From the NCBI GenBank assembly GCA_964016885.1, contig OZ024756.1, positions 13,206,001-13,270,000 on the forward strand: a stretch of 64,000 nucleotides of DNA, in the 5' to 3' direction. Numbering within the stretch: the first letter of the stretch is position 1; each line of letters opens with the position of its first letter. The position numbers and the translations under genes are program-made. The stretch comes from Eledone cirrhosa (Eukaryota). The notes below the pieces were generated by a model. It was not told the origin of the DNA, did not search any database, and saw nothing but the letters and a program-made list of their open reading frames with translations. Positions 44,162 through 58,167 of the stretch are shown one piece after another.

Positions 44162-44165
<4 letters not shown>
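43982..44165 (+). mobile_element. Short fold-back insert, family H (relatives at 33395-33450 and 53008-53182)
   Basis: Perfect ~48-bp arms centred at 44032 plus a right tail, set in (TA)n. No complete hammerhead core seen. Confidence 0.6.
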
Positions 44166-44223
<58 letters not shown>

Positions 44224-44374
44224 GCAAGTCTGAAGAACTATTAGATAAAGTATATATAGTATTTCCTCTCCTAATCCATATAAATTAACCACATAAAAAA
44301 TCATTTAAACGAGGCTATAAGTTTAAAATGTAATTATGAATTATGACTATGTCTAATTATATATATATACCCTC

Positions 44375-45158
44375 TACTTGATCGTTTTTTTTTGGCTATG
44401 CGAATAATTGTTTAACCATCGTCTCAGTGTGTTTGGCCTTTAACATTTGTTATAGCTCTGGTTCATCTGATTCATTGAGCACTTGCTACACATCTCGGAG
44501 GTTGTTTTTCGTTATTTCGTGGGCCGAAATGCGATTCTCGATAATTTATGTTTGTATTAATCTCCAGACTCTAGCTATTGACCAGTTAATTTTCTTGATT
44601 TTTTAGTTGATTCTATTGACTGATGAATAGCTTATGTTAATTTTAACCCTTCTGTTGAGAACTCTATTCGATTTGTGATGTTTTTGCATTCTTGCAAAAA
44701 TATACACAACTGAATTCATTCGCCTGATATAGGGGTTGCCTCCCTTGCCGATCCCCACATGGAGTCAGCAATAGTCAGTCCTTGTAATAACATTGAACTA
44801 AAACCTTTTGAGAAAGTGGCTTCCTTGTTCAATCATCTTACCAGAAGCCTAACATTATTTATGTAAGCGGACAGTACTTGATTTAGGAGCCGCAGAAACC
44901 CAAATACTGGATTTTACCAACCGTCCAGGGGTCCGGGTAAATTTTCAATCAGATATTTTTTATTTGTTTGACCTGAATTACTTGATCGTTTTTTTGGCTA
45001 TGCGAATGATTGTTTAACCATCGTCTCAGTGTGTTTGGCCTTTAACGTTTGTTATAGCCCTGGTTCATCTGAATCATTGAGCACTTTCCACACATCTCGG
45101 AGGTTGTTTTTCGTTATTTCGTGGGCCGAAATGCGATTCTCGATAATTTATGTTTGTA
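44375..45158. mobile_element. TA-flanked element with ~180-bp direct repeats (44375-44557 and 44979-45158)
   Basis: Direct repeat seen. It shares TACTGGATTTTACCAAC (44905) with the family D tail (20809). The partial-tandem layout is PLE-like (inference). Confidence 0.45.
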
Positions 45159-45182
45159 TATATATATATATATATATACATA

Positions 45183-45359
45183 GAGTAAAATTCCGTTATA
45201 ACGAAATTCACGGGGGTATAAAAAATAAATTCATTGTAACAAAAAATTCTTTACAACGAGATCAACTTAACACATCGAGCGTGTGGCCGGGGATTGAACA
45301 AATTTCGTTATACTGAAAAATTCATTATAATGGTATTCGTTATAACGGAATTTTACCTG
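45183..45359. mobile_element. MITE with terminal inverted repeats (Tc1/mariner-pogo-like)
   Basis: GTAAAATTCCGTTATAACGAA ... TTCGTTATAACGGAATTTTAC, flanked by TA. Confidence 0.7.
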
Positions 45360-45371
45360 TATATATATATA

Positions 45372-46309
45372 CTAGACCACCCGTGACCCGTTGGGTCACG
45401 GTCACTTCAAAATATTTTAAAATAATTAAAATATACAAAGACATATATGTAATGTGAAATGAAATGGAAGGCCCATATATGTATGTGTGTATGTATATAT
45501 ATAAATGTGTGTGTGTGTATACATATATATGTGTGTGTATGTATATATATAAATGTGTGTGTGTGTGTATACATATATATATATGTGTGTGTATGTATAT
45601 ATATAAATGTGTGTGTGTGTGTGTGTATACATATATATATATATGTGTGTGTATGTATATATATAAATGTGTGTGTATGTATATATATATAAATGTGTGT
45701 GTGTGTATATGTATATATATGTGTGTGTATGTATATATATAAATGTGTGTGTGTGTGTATACATATATATATATGTGTGTGTATGTATATATATAAATGT
45801 GTGTGTATATATATAAATGTGTGTGTGTGTATACATATATATATATGTGTGTGTATGTATATATATAAATGTGTGTGTGTGTATACATATATATATATGT
45901 ATGTGTATGTATATATATAAATCTGTGTGTGTGTGTATACATATATATATATGTGTGTGTATGTATATATATAAACGTGTGTGTGTGTATACATATATAT
46001 ATATATGTGTGTGTGTATATATATGTGGGTGTCAGTGATCTATATACACACACACTCACATATATACATATACACAACACCACCAGCTCTCTCTTTCAAT
46101 CTACTCTGTCACAACCACTATCTCTTCCTCTATCTTTCTCTCTCTTTTTTTATAAAGGGACCCGGGTAAACCCCATATCTCGGGAACCCGTGCTCCGATT
46201 TACACGAAACTTGTTTTATTCCATGTGTATACCCATTTCAGGGGCCACTTCCTTTCAAAGTATTTTTCCATTATGCGCCCTTTTGGCTGTATTACACTTA
46301 ATATTTAGA
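45372..46309 (-). mobile_element. Non-autonomous Helitron with an internal compound (TG/TA) minisatellite
   Basis: Minus strand A|TC start at 46309, 3' hairpin CCGTGACCC-AAC-GGGTCACGG, then CTAG|T. Confidence 0.65.
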
Positions 46310-47025
46310 TCTTTAATTTTTAGTTTATGATTTTTATTAATTCTTTTTAATTGTAATCATCATCATCATCATTCTTCGACTACTGTCGAGATGATGGATC
46401 TCACCCTCATGCCCCAGAATTCCCTGTCCACCATATAGTGTGGTTCCCTGAGGAACAGGAACCCTGGTGCAGTTAGTTGCGAAATCCATCATCTTTTCAA
46501 ATAGCTAGTAATGTGTGTGGGAGCCACTACTACACACATGTGAAAGAATTTGACAGCCAAGTCTTGAAGAAGGTGCTTTCTCCTTCGTGTGGTGGGTTAC
46601 CCGGCGCCAGATACCAACCTGGCATTTATACCCTCGCCCTAATTGTTCGTGTTGCAAGCACTAGAGTAGTCGCTAACCAAAGCTACGGACCCACTCTATC
46701 CGTCTGGAGATACGTTGTACTAGCTTACCAGCATACTAATAGCAGGAAGTTGACTTTTCCGGCACTGCAGCGCCTTTCGGCGGGCCGTGCTGGTTTTGGA
46801 TGGCCATTGACTCCAAGAGCTCTTAAGAGCTCCCGGGAGTTCCTTTTCCCTTTGACAGATTTTGTTTTTAGTCCTGCAGGATGTCCAAAGTCACCCTCCT
46901 CACCAAGAAATCTTGGTGGGGTTGCCAGTTTAGTCGCCAACGACCCGACCATGAGACAGGTTGTACTGGGATACACGTTACCAGTAGCACCAACTGGTGA
47001 CCTGACATAAATTAATTGTAATACT

Positions 47026-47073
47026 CAACATTTGATAAGATGAATTTTACTAATACATCGAAACCGGTAATAC
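47026..47073 (+). ncRNA. Hammerhead-like motif, U3-A8 variant (family C relative)
   Basis: CAACAT-TTGATAA-GATG..CATC-GAAA-CCGG-TA-AT. Stem I is largely decayed. Confidence 0.45.
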
Positions 47074-47261
47074 TTTATATACTTTATAAAACACTTTTTA
47101 AAAAGAATTGTCTCTTTCATTTTTTCAATAATGTCACTTTGACGAATCAAAGAAAGGGTAAAAAAAAAAAGAAACACCGACCCTTAAATATATTTTCCCT
47201 GCTATTTCCAATTTCACCTTTTTTCTATAACCACTGTTTTGTATAGAACCTTACTTCCCTT

Positions 47262-47332
<71 letters not shown>

Positions 47333-47890
47333 TTGTTTTGCAAGATTTATTTCTTATTTAAATACGTGAGTTGAAACAGATATTGTTATAGTTTGAGAGG
47401 GTTATGCTGTCAATAAAAAGACACAAAAACAAAATGGTGTAGGACAAAGGAGTGACATAAAATAAGTTCAGTTCACTAAACTGAAAATTGAAATTATTTT
47501 ATTTGGAAAATAGGGCCCGTATCTAGCGCTGGTGTGTGGGTGCTAAATAGCCCGGTGGCCTAGCGAGAGTAAAGAGGGGTGGGGGTGTTTGGCAACATTT
47601 GAAAGAAACGATCCGGCCTTTAGACATGTCAGAGAAAAAGGTCAGACTGTAAATTTATAGAATGATGATAACTGGTGAAAGGATGATAACTGAAAGACAG
47701 GGGCCGTGGGAGAGGCCAAACTGGCGGCACAGTTTGAAAGAAACAGGCGTAGAGAGATAAAGAATGAAGTAGTGAAGGTGAAGGATGAAAGAAGGATTAG
47801 AAGACAAGCAAAAAGAAAGAAAGGAAGAAAGAAAATAGGCTTCATTAGGGCTTCTTTGTCAGGCTGTACAATAGAGAGAGAATCTATAAT

Positions 47891-48353
47891 GATTTCTTAT
47901 ATAGGCACAAGGCCAGCAATTTTGGGGGAGGGGAAAGTCGAGTAAATCGACCCCAGTGCGTGACTGGTACTTTATTTTATCGACCCCGTAAGGATGAAAG
48001 GCAAAGTTAACCTCGACGGGATTTTGAACTCAGATCATAAAGGGGCGTAACTCTATGCTGCAAAGCATGGCGTCCGACCTTCTACCGATACTGCCAATCC
48101 ACCGCCCTAGAATCTATAATTGTTTCTACTTTTGGCACAAGGCCAGTAATTACCCAGTGTATTACTGGTACTTTATTTTATCGACCCCATAAGGATGAAA
48201 GGCAAAGTTAACCTCGGCGGGATTTGAACTCAGAATGGCAAAGCGCGTAACTCTATGCGTCAAAGCATGGCGTCCGACCCTCTACCGATACTGCCAATCC
48301 ATCGCCCTAGCATGGCGTCCGACCCTCTACCGATACTGCCAATCCACCGCCCT
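47891..48353 (-). mobile_element. Two tandem near-full-length SINE copies
   Basis: AGAATCTATAAT at 47879, 48109 and 48354; tRNA-like heads (GGCGG..GATTGGCAGTATCGGTAG on minus). Confidence 0.85.
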
Positions 48354-49227
48354 AGAATCTATAATGCTCTTGTGTAGTTGTCCGCCACACACTAGAGATG
48401 ACTGAGGAAGGAAGGGGTGTCTAATACACACACATCTACGGGATGACCGAGGAAAGGGGGAGGAAGAGGAGGGATGGGGGGGGGGGGAGAGAAATTATAG
48501 TAGTCCAGCGTTCTAAGATTCGTCACAGCTGTGTGTTTGTATGTTTGTATCACTTGTGTGAGTGAGTGCGAAGGAACCAACCAACCAACCAACCAACCAA
48601 CCAACCAACCAACAAACAAACAAACAAACATCTCTTTTTTTATATTATGTATAGATATTACAATTAGCCATCATTTTTGACGGCACGTGACCAGCTAGTT
48701 ATTCATAGAAACCATGGCAGAATTAGTAGTGTACGGCGTCGGCGTTTGGTTATCTAGTGTTTTAGGTTAGCTCTATTAATTGTAGTTATTCTCCGAATTA
48801 TGCGCCGCATTCTGCTCCCAAATAAAATAATTTTAGCTTACAGTTTAGTAAGCTGACCAACCTAGTTTTTGAAATGTCTTCTTTTGACCACACTAAGAAA
48901 ATTACTTTGTCTGCATTTCCAATACACTGCTCGTACTCACCTTCACTACCAATCACGTGGCAGATCATAACACAATACAACCCTCTCCACCATTTTGGAT
49001 ATTTACACAACATGGCGAAGATGTTTCGTAATTTATTTATAAACCACAGGAAATTATTATATGTTTAATTTAATTATAGAAATATGTATAAACCCTGATC
49101 CTTTAAGGTTCAGTACTGTGCTTCTCTGAGTATACACCTTTGGCGGCTGTCTAAGTTGGGTTTAATGATAGCACCAGTCCTGCTTGGGTACCAAGAAGTT
49201 TAATTTATGTTATTCACTGTAATAAGT

Positions 49228-49415
49228 ATAATTGTTTCTACTTTTGGCACAAGGCCAGCAATTACCCAGTAGATTACTGGTACTTTATTTTATTTACCCC
49301 GTAAGGATGAAAGGCAAAGTTAACCTCGGCGGGATTTGAACTCAGAATGGCAAGAGCCGTAACTCTATACGTCAAAGCATGGCGTCCGACCCTCTACCGA
49401 TACTGCCAATTCACC
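49228..49415 (-). mobile_element. SINE copy (a further truncated copy at ~49872-49982)
   Basis: Same family consensus. Confidence 0.8.
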
Positions 49416-49483
49416 AATGAAGATTACATGAGTGAAAGGGGATTAACTGGGAGGTACAGAATGACTGTTCATGGTCAACAGGT

Positions 49484-49853
49484 ATTAGGGACCACTACCA
49501 AACAGACTTCCGTCAGGGAGGGATTAGGGTCCACACTACCAAACAGACTTCCGTCAGTGAGGGATTAGGGACCACACTACCAAACAGACTTCCGTTAGGG
49601 AGGGATTAGGGACCACACTACCAAACAGACTTCCGTTAGGGAGGGATTAAGGTCCACATTACCAAACAGACTTCCGTTAGGGAGGGATTAGGGACCACAC
49701 TACCAAACAGACTCCCGTCAGGGAGGGATTAGGGTCCACACTACCAAACAGACTTCCATCAGTGAGAGATTAGGGACCACACTACCAAACAGACTTCCGT
49801 TAGGGAGGGATTAGGGACCACACTACCAAACAGACTTCCGTCAGGGATTAGGG
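49484..49853. repeat. 41-bp minisatellite (~9 units)
   Basis: Unit TTAGGGACCACACTACCAAACAGACTTCCGTTAGGGAGGGA. Confidence 0.9.
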
Positions 49854-50351
49854 AAAAGCTAAGAAATTATAATAATTGTTTCTACTTTTGGCACAAGGTC
49901 AGCAATTATCCCAGTGTATTACTGGTAATCGACCCCGTAAGGATGAAAGGCAAAGTTAACCTCGGCGGGATTTGAACTCAGAGGTTAACTTTTTAACTAA
50001 GAAAATATAATAATAACACAATGGAAGGTGAAAACGTGACTGAAAGAAAAACAGCAAAAGAGTGAAATGGAATTAAAATGTTAAATGGTGGCTACTGTTT
50101 AAGACATTTAGATGTTATTCAAATTGAAAGATCACGTATCTAAGGCAACCAATCAAAATTCTGAATTCACTAACGGCTACAAGAGTTTCTTGATTGGTTA
50201 CAATGGAAATAATACACTCACAAGGATGAAGCTGCTATCTATCCTGTATGGCATGGACGGAGTACCCAGCATGACGTTTTAAGGGTATATCTGGAATTAC
50301 ATTATTCAGTGTCTCTTTAAGACGATAGAGACTCCATCTTCAAATGAAAAT

Positions 50352-52110
50352 GGCGGCCAATTGGCAGAGTGGTTAGTACGTCAGATAGATTGACAGAGTG
50401 GTTAGAACGTCAGATAGAATGGTAGAGTGGTTAGAACGTCAGATAGAATGGTAGAGTGGTTAGAACGTCAGATAGAATGGTAGAGTGGTTAGAACGTCTG
50501 ATAGAATGGTAGAGTGGTTACAACGTCAGATAGAATGGTTGAGTGGTTAGAACGTTGGATAGATTGGCAGAGTGGTTAGAACGTCAGATAGAATGGTAGA
50601 GTGGTTAGAACGTCAGATAGAATGGTAGAGTGGTTAGAACGTCAGATAGAATGGTAGAGTAGTTAGAACGTCGGATAGAATGGTAGATTCGTTAGAACGT
50701 CTGACAGAATGGTAGAGTGGTTAGAACGTCAGATAGAATGGCAGAGTCGTTAGAACGTCGGATAGAATGGTAGAGTGGTTAGAACGTCAGATAGAATGGC
50801 AGAGTCGTTAGAATGTCGGATAGAATGGTAGATTCGTTAGAACGTCTGACAGAATGGTAGAGTGGTTAGAACGTCAGACAGAATGGCAGAGTCGTTAGAA
50901 CGTCGGATAGAATGGCAGAGTGGTTAGAACGTCAGATAGAATGGCAGAGTCGTTAGAACGTCGGATAGAATGGTAGATTCGTTAGAACGTCTGACAGAAT
51001 GGTAGAGTGGTTAGAACGTCAGATAGAATGGCAGAGTCGTTAGAACGTCGGATAGAATGGTAGAGTCGTTAGAATGTCAGATAGAATGGTAAAGTCGTTA
51101 GAATGTCAGATAGAATGGCAGAGTCGTTAGAACGTCGGATTGAATGGTAGAGTCGTTAGAATGTCAGATAGAATGGTAGAGTCGTTAGAACGTCAGATAG
51201 AATGGTAGAGTCGTTAGAACGTCAGATAGAATGGTAGAGTCGTTAGAACGTCAGATAGAATAGTAGAGTCGTTAGAATGTCAGATAGAATGGTAGAGTCG
51301 TTAGAACGTCAGATAGAATGGTAGAGTCGTTAGATCGTCAGATAAAATGGTAGAGTGGTTAGAACGTCAGATAGAATGGTAGAGTGGTTAGAACGTCAGA
51401 TAGAATGGTAGAGTGGTTAGAACGTCAGATAGAATGGTAGAGTCGTTAGAACGTCAGATAGAATGGTAGAGTGGTTAGAATGTCGGATAGAATGGTAGAG
51501 TCGTTAGAATGTCAGATAGAATGGTAGAGTCGTTAGAACGTCAGATAGAATGGTAGAGTTGTTAGAATGTCAGATAGAATGGTAGAGTCGTTAGAACGTC
51601 AGATAGAATGGCAGAGTGGTTAGAACGTCAGATAGAATGGTAGAGTGGTTAGAATGTCAGATAGAATGGCAGAGTGGTTAGAACGTCAGATAGAATGGTA
51701 GAGTGGTTAGAATGTCAGATAGAATGGTAGAGTCGTTAGAACGTCAGATAGAATGGCAGAATCGTTAGAACGTCTGATAGAATGGTAGAGTCGTTAGAAC
51801 GTCAGATGGTAGAGTGGTTAGAACGTCTGATAGAATGGTAGAGTCGTTAGAACGTCATATAGAATGGCAGAGTGTTTAGAACGTCAGATAGAATGGTAGG
51901 GTGGTTAGAACGTCAGATAGAATGGTAGAGTCGTTAGAACGTCAGATAGAATGGCAGAGTCGTTAGAACGTCAGATAGAATGGCAGGGGGGTTAGAACGT
52001 CGGATAAAATGCTGAACGGTATTCGTTCCGTCTCTCTGCCGAGGTCAACTTTGCCTTTCATCCATTTGAGGTCGATAAAAAAAAGTACCAGTCAAGTGCT
52101 GAGGTGGATT
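50352..52110 (+). mobile_element. SINE whose tRNA-like head is amplified into a 29-bp tandem array (50361-52006, ~57 units)
   Basis: Starts GGCGGCCAATTGGCAGAGTGGTTAG. Unit GTTAGAACGTCAGATAGAATGGTAGAGTG. Resumes into GCCGAGGTCAACTTTGCCTTTCATCC..GTCGATAAAA..GTACCAG. Confidence 0.8.
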
Positions 52111-52486
52111 TTCCCCCTACTTCTCTTTCTCACTACATTTCTCTCTATCCTTCTCTGGAAGAAATCTGCTGTATTTAGACCTGGAGAGGAGATGTGCTGA
52201 GAAACTCCATGTCAATACAATGCCCCTACAACTCTCCCAGGAGTTACGTGACCGTGCATGCTTCAAATGAAAACAAAATTTATCAAACCGAATGCGTTTC
52301 GCCTTTTCCTCAAAAATCTAACGTGATGAAAGAACAGGACATGTTCTGTTGGAGAAGATGGCAATGGAGATATAACAATGCTCTGATCAACATCAGCTTC
52401 AAAGTTATCTAAACACTTTCACAACTATTGACGATTTAATGAAAAGATAAAAACGTGGAATTGAAATAAACAAGAAATAAGCGGCG

Positions 52487-52551
<65 letters not shown>

Positions 52552-52653
52552 GGAAAAAATGAAACGAAATTTCATTTCCCACTCTTAGTGCGGCTGTTAC
52601 TTAAATATAAGTATGTATACGTACATACATATATGTATACAGACGTACAGTAG

Positions 52654-52730
<77 letters not shown>

Positions 52731-52937
52731 GCACACATATATATATATGTACGTATGGATTCACCGAACATTTATTATAATGCTCGGTGTGTTTGTAAAC
52801 AAACATCCCGTATTAAGCCGTACAGTGTCCAGCAACCATCGTTGCTCGTTTGTTTAACGATATATATATATATGTATATATATATACATATATACACACA
52901 TACATATATATACATATATACATACACGCACACATAA

Positions 52938-52983
<46 letters not shown>

Positions 52984-53400
52984 GCACGCACGCACGCACA
53001 CGCAACCCGTTTCGACGGCTATTTCTGGACTGAAATAGTCCAGAAATAGCCGTCGAAATGGCTTGAGCTCTGCCGTCGGGGTCAAACATTTTCCTATTAC
53101 CCACTCTACTACCCTAAATATTGAGTACTCTGGTGCGTTATGGTCCATTTGGCTCCTTACCACACTTCCTTCGTTATTCGTTATATATATATATATATCC
53201 CAAGGGCGGTGCCCCAGCATGGCCTCAGCCGGATGGCTGAAACAGGTAAAAGAGTAAAAGAGTATATAAGCTCTGGTTTCATCATGTGATCGGATCCCAG
53301 CTCTTAATCGACACTTTTTGAGATATGAGAAATTACATGGGTGATCCCCAGCCCTAATGTATTATATATGAGAAAAACCACGGACCCTCCATCTCAACTC

Positions 53401-53440
53401 TACTTTTGAAAAGCAGAAGAACTGCGAAACCGGTAAAGGA
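53401..53440 (+). ncRNA. Hammerhead ribozyme, U3-A8 variant
   Basis: TACTT-TTGAAAA-GCAG AAGAA CTGC-GAAA-CCGG-TA-AAGGA. Confidence 0.65.
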
Positions 53441-53569
53441 ACCAAATAAATATATATATTTTTTTAAAAAATAAGACTCCAGTTGCATTTTCGATTTCAT
53501 CTTTTTTTCTTTATACTTTCACTCGTGTAGGACACCTCGGTTATTTTTCATTTTGTAAAAAAAACTCAC

Positions 53570-53638
<69 letters not shown>

Positions 53639-54045
53639 TCGCTTTTTACGCGAAGTACGCGAATTCGCTTTAACCCTTTAGCATTGAAACCGGTCATATC
53701 CGGCCAGAATTCTCTCACCTCCTTCTGTTCAAACTGGCTGTACATGGCTGTTCATACTGATGTTAAGGTATTGTACTCAAAATAAATAACATCAAAATCT
53801 CATAGATTCAATATTATGTGAGATAATTACGTAAGGTAAAGCTTTTACGGTGAACATATAATAGTAAATATAGAGTAATGTAAATGCTGAAGGGTTAACG
53901 CATGTGGTTTTATTTTTATCTATCAGAAAATTAGACTTGAATATGACACTACATACACATACACCAGTTGACATCGTATACACATAAAGACACATATACA
54001 GCATGTGACACCACATATACAGCAGATGACAACACACACACACGC

Positions 54046-54125
<80 letters not shown>

Positions 54126-54237
54126 CGTGACACCACACACACCTCACGTGACACACCACGTGACACCACTACAGAAATAACAATAGGATGATTTTACCAA
54201 TTCCATTAAAATCTTGACAAAAACAGACTCAGTGACA

Positions 54238-55870
54238 TGGAGGTGGTGGTGTGGTGGTGTGGTGTGGTGTGGTGGTGGTGGTGGTTGTGTGGTGGTTGTG
54301 TGGTTGTGGTGTGGTGGTGGTGGTAGTGGTTATGGTGAGGTGGTGATGGTTGTGTGGAGGTGGTGGTGTGGTGGTGTGGTGCTGGTGTGGCGGTAGTGGT
54401 GGTAGTGGTGTGGTGGTGGTAGTGGTGTGGTGGTAGTGGTGTGGTGGTGGTCTGGTGGTGGTGATGGTGGTGTGGTTGTGATTTGGTGGTAGTGGTGTGG
54501 TGGTGGTGTGTGGTGGTGTGGTGGTAGTGGTGTGGTGGTAGTGGTGTGGTGGTGGTGGTGGTAGTGGTGCGGTGGTAGTGGTGTGGTGGTGGTAGTGGTG
54601 GTGTAGGTGTGAGGTGGTGGTGGTGGTGTGGTGGTAGTGGAGTGGTGGTAATGGTGATGGTGGTGTGGTTGTGATTTTGTGGTAGTGGTGTGGTGGTGTG
54701 TGGTTGTGTGGTGGTGGTGGTGGGGGTAGTGGCGTTGATGGTGGTAGTGGTGGCGGTGGTAGTGGTGTTAGTGGTGATACTGGTGGTGGAGTTAGTGGTG
54801 GTAATGGTGGTTCTGTTGTTATTACTCTTATGATTGTTATTGTTGTTACTGTTGTTGTTATTGTTTTTGTTATTTTGTTATTTAGCGCAAGATAGGACAA
54901 TGAACATCTTTGAAAACAACAATAACAACAACAATAACAACAATAATAACAACAACAATAACAGCAACAATAACAACAACAATAACAATAACAATAACAG
55001 CATCAATAACAACAAAAACAACAATAACAACAATAACAATAACAACAATAACAACAACAATAATAACAACAACAACAACAACAATAACAGCAACAGCAAC
55101 AACACTAACAACAATAACAGCAACAACAAAAACAATAACAACAATAACAATAACAACAATAACATCAACAATAACAACAACAACAATAACAACAATAACA
55201 ATAACAATAACAACAATAACAACAACAATAACAACAATAACATCAACAATAACAACAACAACAATAACAACAATAACAACAATAACAATAACAATAACAA
55301 TAACAACAATAACAACAATAACAGCAACAACAACCACAATAACAATAATAACAACAACAACAACAATAACAGCAACAATAACAACAATAACAACAACAAT
55401 AGCAACAACAATAGCAACAACAATAGCAACAGCAACAACAACCACAATAACAACAATAACAACAACAATAACAACAATAACAACAATAACGACAACACCA
55501 ACAACAACAACAACAATAACAGCAACAATAACAACAACAATAGCAACAACAATAACAGCAACAATAACAACAACAATAGCAACAACAATAGCAACAGCAA
55601 CAACAACCACAATAACAACAATAACAGCAACAATAACAACAATAACAACAACAATAACAACAATAACAACAATAACAACAACAACAACAATAACAATAAC
55701 AGCATCAATAACAACAATAACAACAACAATAACAACAATAACAACAATAACAACAACAACAACAATAACAATAACAGCAACAATAACAACAATAACAACA
55801 ACAATAACAACAATAACAACAATAACAACAACAACAACAATAACAATAACAGCATCAATAACAACAACAT
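54238..55870. repeat. Low-complexity (GGT/GTGTG)n followed by (AAC/AAT)n
   Basis: Seen directly. Confidence 0.95.
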
Positions 55871-55917
55871 AATACCATTATGGAATGAAGCAGCTTTAAT
55901 AATTGCTTCAGTTATTC

Positions 55918-57230
55918 AGGGGTCACATTAGAGACTGTAGTACTATTGATACCAATTAGGGGTCACTATCAGAGACTGTAGTACTATTGATACCAATTAG
56001 GAGTCACATTAGAGACTGTAGTACTATTGATACCAATTAGGGGTCACATTAGAGACTGTAGTACTATTGATACCAATCAGGGGTCTCATTCAGAGACTGT
56101 AGTACTATTGACACAAATAGGGGTCACTATCAGAGACTGTAGTACTATTGACACAAATAGGGGTCACTATCAGAGACTGTAGTACTATTGATACCAATTA
56201 GGAGTCACATTAGAGACTGTAGTACTATTGATACCAATTAGGGGTCACATTAGAGACTGTAGTACTATTGATACCAATTAGGGGTCACTATCAGAGACTG
56301 TAGTACTATTGACACAAATAGGGGTCACTATCAGAGACTGTAGTACTATTGATACCAATCAGGGGTCTCATTCAGAGACTGTAGTACTATTGATACCAAT
56401 TAGGGGTCACATTAGAGACTGTAGTACTATTGACACAAATAGGAGTCACATTAGAGACTCTAGTACTATTGATACCAATTAGGGGTCACATTAGAGACTG
56501 TAGTACTATTGACACAAATAGGGGTCACTATCAGAGACTGTAGTACTATTGATACCAATTAGGGGTCACATTAGAGACTGTAGTACTATTGATACCAATT
56601 AGGGGTCACATTAGAGACTGTAGTACTATCGATACCAATTAGGGGTCACATTAGAGACTGTAGTACTATTGATACCAATTAGGGGTCACATTAGAGACTG
56701 TAGTACTATCGATACCAATTAGGGGTCACATTAGAGACTGTAGTACTATTGATACCAATCAGGGGTCACATTAGAGACTGTAGTACTATTGATACCAATT
56801 AGGGGTCACATTAGAGACTGTAGTACTATCGATACCAATTAGGGGTCACATTAGAGACTGTAGTACTATTGATACCAATTAGGGGTCACATTAGAGACTG
56901 TAGTACTATTGATACCAATTAGGGGTCACATTAGAGACTGTAGTACTATCGATACCAATTAGGGGTCACATTAGAGACTGTAGTACTATTGATACCAATT
57001 AGGGGTCACATTAGAGACTGTAGTACTATTGATACCAATTAGGGGTCACATTAGAGACTGTAGTACTATCGATACCAATTAGGGGTCACATTAGAGACTG
57101 TAGTACTGTTGATACCAATCAGGGGTCTCATTCAGAGACTGTAGTACTATTGACACAAGTAGAGGTCACTATCTGAGACTGTAGTATTATTGATACCAAT
57201 TAGGGGTCACATTAGAGACTGTAGTACACC
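55918..57230. repeat. 40/41-bp minisatellite (~32 units)
   Basis: Unit AGGGGTCACATTAGAGACTGTAGTACTATTGATACCAATT. Confidence 0.95.
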
Positions 57231-57372
57231 AACACCAATCAGACAGCTGTTAAGAAAGCCGACCTTAGACATGCGTATAAGTGAACCATTTTAATACAAT
57301 TTTCTGTTATTTAATTAAACATAAAATAATTTGTTGCGATTATTAACTAAATCACGGAACACCTGTGCTGCA

Positions 57373-57581
57373 TGGCAACACGATAGGGGATGGGTTGTGT
57401 GGTGCTATGACTTGACACATGATTGGTGGTGAACGTGTGTGTGGCAACACGATAGGGGATGGGTTGTGTGGTGCTATGACTTGACACATGATTGGTGGTG
57501 AACGTGTGTGTGGCAACACGATAGGGGATGGGTTGTGTGGTGCTATGACTTGTCACATGATTGGTGGTGAACGTGTGTGTG
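57373..57581. repeat. 69-bp tandem repeat x3
   Basis: TGGCAACACGATAGGGGATGGG... repeated at 57373, 57442 and 57511. Confidence 0.9.
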
Positions 57582-57659
57582 GATAGGGTCGTAGAAAATA
57601 TAGGTTTAGTAATTCTCTTAGTTTGGTCAGAGCAAGACATTAAAAACTAGGTTGGTAAA

Positions 57660-58118
57660 GGCGCGTGGCTTTGTGGTTACAATCGTAAGGTTGTGAGTTC
57701 GATTCCCGGCGCCGCGTTGTGTCCTTGAGCAAGACACTTTATTTAACGTTGCTCTAGTACACTCAACTGGCAAAAATGAGCTGTACCTGTAATTGGAAGG
57801 GTGAGCCTTGTTACGTTCACAGTCACACTGAATCTCCCTGACAACTACGTTAAAGGCATGCCTGTCTGTGGAATGCTCAGCCACTTGCACGTTTCACAAG
57901 AAGGCTGTTCCATTGATCAAATAAATTGGGACACCCGTCGTCGTAACCGACGGAGGGTCAGCCTTGTTACGTTCAGAGTCACACTGAATCTCCCTGACAA
58001 CTACGTTAAAGGTATGCCTGTCTGTGGAATGCTCAGCCACTTGCACGTTTCACAAGAAGGCTGTTCCATTGATCAAATAAATTGGGACACCCGTCGTCGT
58101 AACTGATGGAGTGCCTAA
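57660..58118 (+). mobile_element. tRNA-derived SINE of a second family (CORE/V-like) with a 156-bp internal duplication
   Basis: A-box-like TGGCTTTGTGG, B-box GAGTTCGATTCC, GTGTCCTTGAGCAAGACACTT; segment from 57804 duplicated at 57960. Confidence 0.65.
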
Positions 58119-58167
58119 CTGAAAATTAAAATGGTTATATTTGGGAGGCGAACGAAAGAACAAGAAC

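Noticed and set aside
46477-47010. 177-aa ORF as a host gene
   Set aside because: TTG start and no recognisable domain; probably a retroelement fragment that I cannot classify.
49484-49853. Interstitial telomere (TTAGGG)
   Set aside because: TTAGGG occurs only as part of a 41-bp unit, never as a tandem hexamer array.
54834-55931. Poly-Asn/Thr/Leu ORFs (also poly-Glu at 37170 and YI/HT/CV ORFs throughout)
   Set aside because: Microsatellite translations.
57660-57715. tRNA gene
   Set aside because: A/B boxes are present but there is no complete cloverleaf, and the sequence continues into a SINE body.
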